Shown here: positions 57,754 through 64,000 of the stretch, one piece after another
How positions within the stretch are numbered: the first letter of the stretch is position 1
Layout of the letters: the number at the start of each line of letters is the position of its first letter
Assembly: GCA_051294905.1 (NCBI GenBank)
Contig: CM119382.1
Span: 10,540,001-10,604,000, forward strand
Reading direction: 5' to 3'
Length of the DNA: 64,000 nucleotides
Source of the DNA: Botryllus schlosseri
Taxonomy: Eukaryota
Notes under the pieces: model-generated
Database searches by the model: none
Seen by the model: only the letters and a program-made list of their open reading frames with translations
Told to the model about the DNA's origin: nothing
Translations under genes and position numbers: made by a program

Positions 57754-60700
57754 ATGGCGTGTGGAGATGAATCGTCGGCTCTGTTTAGACTCATCAGCAG
57801 CCTGACCAGTGAAATTGAGGAACAGAAACGACAGATTGCTAAGGAAGAGGAAATCGGCAAAAGTGGGTTGATTTAAACACGACTTGGTAGCCTTTGATAG
57901 TGATGCTATAATGCCAATGAAATTCCGAAAACTCAATGGAGACAACTCTGTCTATCGCTTTTCTTGAAAAAGCTTTTATGTTAGCTGGGTTGCTATTTCT
58001 GGCCAAATCGTTCATACAACCATGACTAGAAATTCGAAAAGAGAAATACTCACCGATTCACATTAAATTTCTGCAATTTTACATCATGTTTTAACATGTT
58101 CTAACCGTCGAGAACATTGTTACTTGCATATATTGCACATATTGCGGATCAAAATTGTACCGTGGTGCTCAGATTGTAAGTCAGGAGTATTTGGCGCCTG
58201 GAGACATATCAATATCGAAGGTTTCGGCCAACACGCGCCCACCGCCCATCATTTTGGACCAAGGTTTCATATCATTCTGACAAACTCTCATGTTGGCCGT
58301 TCTATATCTTGTTCTATTTTTGGTAATGCACCTTTTAGAAAATGACCGTGCGTACCACTCAAAACTACTACATGTGGCCCGCAGGTTGGCCACCTTTGTT
58401 CTTGGCCAAGGTTGGTTGTTTTATTCTGTTCTGGCATAGATAACCAGCTCTGACAACTGATCGAATGAAATGACACGGATGCATCCTTTTTTGAGCTCGT
58501 TCTGTAATCTTTCATTTTAGGACTGAATCAAATGTTTGAGGCAAAGTCAAAAGAGTTTGACGAACTCAGAGCAAAGCGGATCGAAATGGAGGAAGCAACG
58601 GAGCAAAATCGCAGAGTGTACGCCAGCCAAAAGCAAGTGTTGGAAAGGTGAATCCAAGGGTCAATTTCCGGGGGCGCGGTGTCACTATTGATATGAATTT
58701 GCAGTACCTACTAATCATTGATTTGCATATTTTATGATATCCCCCAAAAAAGCATTTTTCATCGCCATGATGAGAGTAAATTCGGCCGTAAAATATTAAC
58801 ACCCTTGAGTGTTGTGGCGAAGTCGCTATATTTCAGTCATAAATGATTTCTAGTAAATGCAAATTTTGATTTAAGTCATTTCATAATTTGTCAATTCTCG
58901 TGTCGAGTCACAGAAATTTTTAAAGTGACTCGAGTCAAGTCATCTCGATTTCAAGTCATCAAATGTATTCAATTTGAGGAACTGTTAGATGTATACATCA
59001 TGACTACCTCATACATATACTGATATAGTTTATGCTAGACCACATGAAGCTTGGTGAAGCTTGGTACCCTGTCACTCCTTAACTACTAAGACACAGGGCT
59101 TCTACTTCCTGGAACTGTGCTGTGTTTTCAAGTATTCATTAATACAATGTTAATAAATTCTGATCGGATGGGTTATCTATCACATAATTGTCTTGAAGGC
59201 TTGACCACACCGCAGCGCTGTTACGTGAAAAATTGATCTACAAAAAGGAAGAGTTGGAAAAGAAGAAGAAAGATGCAGAGCTGACTAGGTTGTTATCATA
59301 ATTATACATAATAATATCAATTATAATTACTGAATATCACCCAGGCAAAGACGTCAAGAAACCTTGAATAGCACAAGGCGCAAGTTTCAAGAATACATGA
59401 AGTTATACGAAACCCTACCCGGAGTGCGCGAATATCTCGAAGCCAAAAAGCAAAATGAGGAGCTTGAATCGCGATTGGATGCCGCAAAAGAGAGGCTTGT
59501 TCAATTACAGAAAAAGAAGGACATGCAAGTCTCCAAAAGTGAATTGAATTTGTTTGTCCAATTGTATGCGTTATGTAACAGTGCTTGTGATCTTCCGAGC
59601 AGAAAATCCATCGTCAAAGCCATTTGATTCTCTAAGGAGCTGGGGAGTTGCAGTGTGAGTACAGCTTGTGTTAGGATATTTATTGGTTTGCAATTTATAC
59701 GGCGATGTGACTAATAAACTCAGATGTGTCCAGATTCTCTAACATTTCACTGATAAAGATATTTGCCTAATGTCTTCAAGCCATAACAGTTGCAGAAGAC
59801 ATGAATAATTACTTCTTTCCATAACATCACAGAAGACGCAAAAATTATTCCTTTCAGCAACATATTTGTCATGCCCCATATAGCAGCATTACCGTTATAA
59901 TGTATAATTGGACTGTCTCTCACAAGTTCATTTTGGTGAAACTCTCATCTATTTCTTTCCATTTTCCTAGAGCCCATAAGTATATTGCGTATGTGGCACA
60001 TCAGAAGAGCATGAATAAGAAGTTATCAGATATTGCTGAGAAAAAAAAGAATATTGAGGATCTAAAGCAGGTTCGTAGGATATTATTCTTTTTCAGTCAC
60101 ACTCGATAACATTGCCAAACAATATATGTGGTAATTTTTGCTTGTGATTAAAAGCGATTTTTATCACTCGGAATTCGGCCTTATATCCTGACTTGAGTTA
60201 AAACTTGAAATGAGTAGGCCTTGTGTAGTTTAATTGCAGGCTCTTTGATGACAAATTAGTTTTAATGAATGATTATAGTTGATACACTTGACACATTAAA
60301 AGTGAGTCAAATTTTTGCGATCCAGAAGTTGAAAGACAAGGAAAGAGCAAAAGTAGATTTGGAACGCAAAAAAGAATTTCAGAATCGTGTTTCGTCGCAA
60401 TCGAATCCTCCTGCAACAAAGACATCACGTTCCAGTGATTCGCATACATTCAAGGTATTTTTGATATGATTGTAAGTAAATGGACAATATAGACAACCCA
60501 TTTATGACGTGTACTGATGCACTATAGGTAAACAGGTCTGCCATTCGGAACAGATACGCATTTGTACGGGAATATCGTCAACTCCAGGTGTAGGCTACTG
60601 GTTTTAGAATAGCCACATTGATTTAAAATGATATAACTCCATTCCTTACCAAGCTACTGGCCTGCTTGTAACAGCCTTTAGCTCCTTACGGGGGTTTAGT

Positions 60701-61740
60701 GTCTCTACTGAAAGTTGCACGACTACCGTCTGTAATTTCAGAAAAACTCTGGATTGAGCGATTATAGATTCACGAGCAAGTCGCCATTCCGGCTGTCCTC
60801 CCCAAATCTGGCCACGGAATCGCACAAAAAGACGTTGCAGATTCATATGCCGAGTTTTACGGTAAAGTTCTTATCATTACTTGTCATTCACCTGTGTAGT
60901 CATCGATTTCTCCAAGAAACTTGGTAGTAGTGTGTAGTAAAAATTACGATTTGGATTGAGTTGATATTAATTCAACATCAAAAAAGTAATGCTTTTTTAA
61001 TTTGAATATCAGTCTGTCACTACTTGCAACGTTATCAATTCACACTATTTTTTTTTTCAAATTTTACTGTAAACCTCGTGAAATTGTTGATTCCAACCAG
61101 GGACGTAGCCAGGGCGGTGGTGTCACACACCCCTTTCCAAACTAGAATATCCCCCCTTTTTAAATCCCGAATCTAGAGGTAATATTTCGTGGCATAATCG
61201 CGCATTTGTAATTGATGCACAGCGAGTGTTTTCACTGAACGATCAATGCCAATGTGCCCTTTTTCTCCGATTCCTCTCTCGTCTGTGATAACGGGAGTAC
61301 TTCAGGTGTCATGTTACAACACAGCGGGAGATCTCGCTATTTCACGTACAAATAAATTGGCGACCCGACTTGATATCTTGCCATATTTTTATCAAATGTT
61401 CAATGCGGAATCTGTTTGATACATGAATGAATTTGATACGACTCGGTTGTGTGATTAACGACTGCCCGCCTTTCAGTGCTATGGTATCTCTTGTCCTGCT
61501 TTCACACATTCAGCCAAAAATGGAAACAATCATAGACACATCGGAGGCGCGAAAAATTAGGTATTTCAGCGATTAGCTATGTATTACAGTTCTATAAATG
61601 TTCAATGTGACCTGGTGATAACGAGACGAGATAGTCCTGCAAAATCCACATTTGTCTCTTTTGCATCGAAATCCAATTCAGGAATGCTTTTTCGATTACG
61701 AGCCTGAGCCTAAGCCTGGGCCTGAGACGGGCTACTGACA
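57754..61740 (+). CDS. SIX6OS1: Coiled-coil protein resembling SIX6OS1/C14orf39 (synaptonemal complex central element); 3' end uncertain
   Basis: Exons 57754-57862, 58521-58647, 59199-59288, 59345-about 59538, 59971-60070 and 60326-60454; EYMKLYETLPGVREYLEAKKQNEELESRL resembles the human sequence QYQLKYSETPFSREYYEKKREHEEIQSRV as recalled from memory. Confidence 0.55.
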
Positions 61741-62081
61741 TACACGATTGCATCGTACTTTCGCACACATTTGGTCTACTCTTTACCATCCCAACATAGA
61801 AAAAATGCTACATCAATTTAGCGAACGATATTATGTTGAAACAAAACTCATGGTACATAATTTGAATTAATCCAGATTCGTAGAAACGATCTGTGAACAT
61901 TGCATAGCAAAGGCGAAGGTGTATTTGCGTGAATATTAAACCATGACAATCAGGAGATGTGTTAGAGGCCGAGTAACGATTAGCAAGACGGCCAGCCGTT
62001 ACTTCAACAACCGAGCTAATCTATCGCCAATTTCATCAATCAATAAGAGATTCCGCATTCAACATTATCATTTGTGAAATC

Positions 62082-62525
62082 TGTTATGATACCCGACTCG
62101 AGGTCGCGTTGTTATGTGAGCGCGAAACGGCAATATTTCTGGCTGTATTGTAACTTGATCACACTGCTCACTTTTGGTAATTAAGGGCAAGTTATGTCTG
62201 TTTCTGCTGTTATCTCAGCTTACCAGTTGTGGGCTATATCGTAATAATACAACTGGGTTATGTGGAGGAGTTACGGGCCGAAATGAAAAAGATCGGAACG
62301 TCGGACGGGCGTTACATCGAACTGAATCATGTCACAAGTTATCACGATATATCCGATTCCGACTGCATATATTTGTGGTATTGTGATGTGCATCATGTGA
62401 ACCATTGCACAAAGTAGTGTATGGCGGCGGCCTTTGGTCGGGGGAGAGCTGTGGGGGAGTGTGCGCGTGCTATGTCAGTTGTCGTCGTTGTTTTCTGCTT
62501 TTGAATGAATACATCTTCAATTACA
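62082..62525 (+). repeat. Possible 5' LTR of the terminal Gypsy element
   Basis: TGTTATG...AATACATCTTCAATTACA immediately upstream of gag; no partner LTR in the window and no clear PBS. Confidence 0.35.
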
Positions 62526-62866
62526 AGCTATCGCGGCCAAGATGGCAAACGTAAAGTTGACGGACATCGTTAAGAATTATGTGGATTGGGAGACGTCAGG
62601 CGACTTTGCTAAATGGATAGAGAAATTGGAATTGGTTGCCGAACTGAAAAAGATGGAGTCTCTTGTGACTACATTACCGTTATTGCTCGAAGGCCCGGCA
62701 TTTGCGGTGTATAAACAATTGTCCGAGGATATCAGAAAAGACTACGAACTGCTTAAAGGAGAAATGTTGGCAGCTTTTTGAGTGGATTGCTATGTGGCAT
62801 ATGAACAGTTCCGTAACAGGGTACTTCAAGCGGGGGAATCAGTTGATGTATTCTTGTCTGATTTGA

Positions 62867-63132
62867 AGAGAGAGAGAGAGAGAGATATGATATTCTTTCT
62901 CGCCTGCACCATCGAGATGCTTTGGCGACGGAGTTGCGATACGGCCCCATGAGGTCATCTAGTCTGCGCCCCCGTTTTTTTTTCTCCTCCATGCTATCCG
63001 TGATTGCTGAGCGCCTAGCAGGATAGCCGCGGATACCATTTTTCGAGTCTTTGGTATGACCCGGCCGGGGATCGAACCCACGACCTACCGCTCGAGAAGC
63101 CGGACGCATAACCATTACACTATCTCGCTCGG
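62867..63132 (-). mobile_element. tRNA-derived SINE (Meta-domain-like core, (CT)n tail)
   Basis: A box TAGTGTAATGG, B box GGTTCGATCCC, core AAAATGGTATCCGCGGCTATCCTGCTAGGCGCTCAGCA. Confidence 0.85.
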
Positions 63133-63574
63133 AGGCTGGAAACGTTGATAGGGTTGAGCGGGGCTGCGGCAGAGCCAATAATCAAGTGTGCATTCGTTGC
63201 TGGTCTGCATGCGGATGTCAAGATACAGCTTAAGTCTGTCGCCGAGGCGGAGAAATTGGAGTTAAGTGCTATTGCAAAAAGGGCACGTATATTATTATCC
63301 ACAAGAGATGGTGAAAGTGTGTTCTGTGCGGCTGGGGCTCGACGTAGATTGGACGGCCCCTGTTTCAGGTGTCATAATGTGGGTCACATCGCCAGAGACT
63401 GCCCGAATGGAAATAATACTGGTGCTGTACGAACCCAAGGATTTTAGGACAGTGTCCAGCGGCAGTGCTTTGCATGGGGACGTATGGCCTGGCAATGTAG
63501 AGGATTGCCGGCTGCAGGAAAAGACCTAGGAGGGACGTTGGCACCGGACGTCCCCTCCGCATCGCACTAGGGGG

Positions 63575-63831
63575 AAGAGAGAGAGATATGATATTCTTTT
63601 TCGCCTGCACCATCGAGATGCTTTGACGACGGAGTTGCGATACGGCCCCATGAGGTCATCTAGTCTGCGCCCCCGTTTTTTTCTCCTCCATACTATCCGT
63701 GATTGCTGAGCGCCTAGCAGGATAGCTGCGGATACCAATTTTCGAGTCTTTGGTATGACCCGGCCGGGGATCGAACCCACGACCTACCGCTCGAGAAGCC
63801 GGACGCATAACCATTACACTATCTCGCTCGG
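63575..63831 (-). mobile_element. tRNA-derived SINE, second copy
   Basis: Near-identical to 62867-63132. Confidence 0.85.
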
Positions 63832-64000
63832 TAGGTGCTACCATTTGTGCCTGTGGAGATTTGTGGCATTGTGACAAATGGTCTTGTTGACACTGGTTGT
63901 GAACAGTCAGTCATTCGTGAAGACTTGTGTAAGCAATTGGGTTTTACACTTAAAGGACCGTATAGAGTTGTAGAAATTTTAAATGGGGCACTCACTAATT

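Larger units (their letters stand above)
62542..64000 (+). pseudogene. Gypsy-like gag-protease, interrupted by a stop codon and two SINEs; runs off the window
   Basis: Gag motifs LLLEGPAFAVY and GESVDVFLSDLKR; CCHC knuckle CFRCHNVGHIARDC; protease GLVDTGCEQSVI at about 63880. Confidence 0.85.

Noticed and set aside
63050-63132. tRNA gene (also about 63750-63831)
   Set aside because: The A/B boxes are followed by a SINE core and (CT)n tail, and there is no proper acceptor stem; these are SINE heads.

Overview
Eukaryotic (probably invertebrate animal) genomic DNA. The left half holds an intact-looking Polinton/Maverick (adintovirus-like endogenous dsDNA virus) at 2667-25221, with 532-bp TIRs, AG..CT ends and a 6-bp TSD (AAGATG). 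It encodes pPolB, a DDE integrase with chromodomain, a packaging ATPase, an adenain protease, a major capsid protein, three penton paralogs, core proteins and an OB-fold protein. An exact 5854-bp duplication flanks a 100-N gap and is probably an assembly artefact; the collapsed element is about 16.6 kb. The Polinton is the innermost layer of a four-level nest: hAT-type MITE > hAT-type MITE > Gypsy-like LTR element with identical LTRs > Polinton, and each layer has its own TSD. The small ORFs in its accessory region join into one approximately 423-aa gene through 54-62-nt GT-AG introns, and splice signals also suggest a spliced pPolB N-terminus. The right half holds an intron-rich SRRM1/SRm160 gene (31909-51072), a coiled-coil gene resembling SIX6OS1/C14orf39 (from 57754), many hAT-type MITEs, and a decayed Gypsy gag-pro carrying two tRNA-derived SINEs. 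All calls are by eye from the sequence and remembered motifs; no searches were run.
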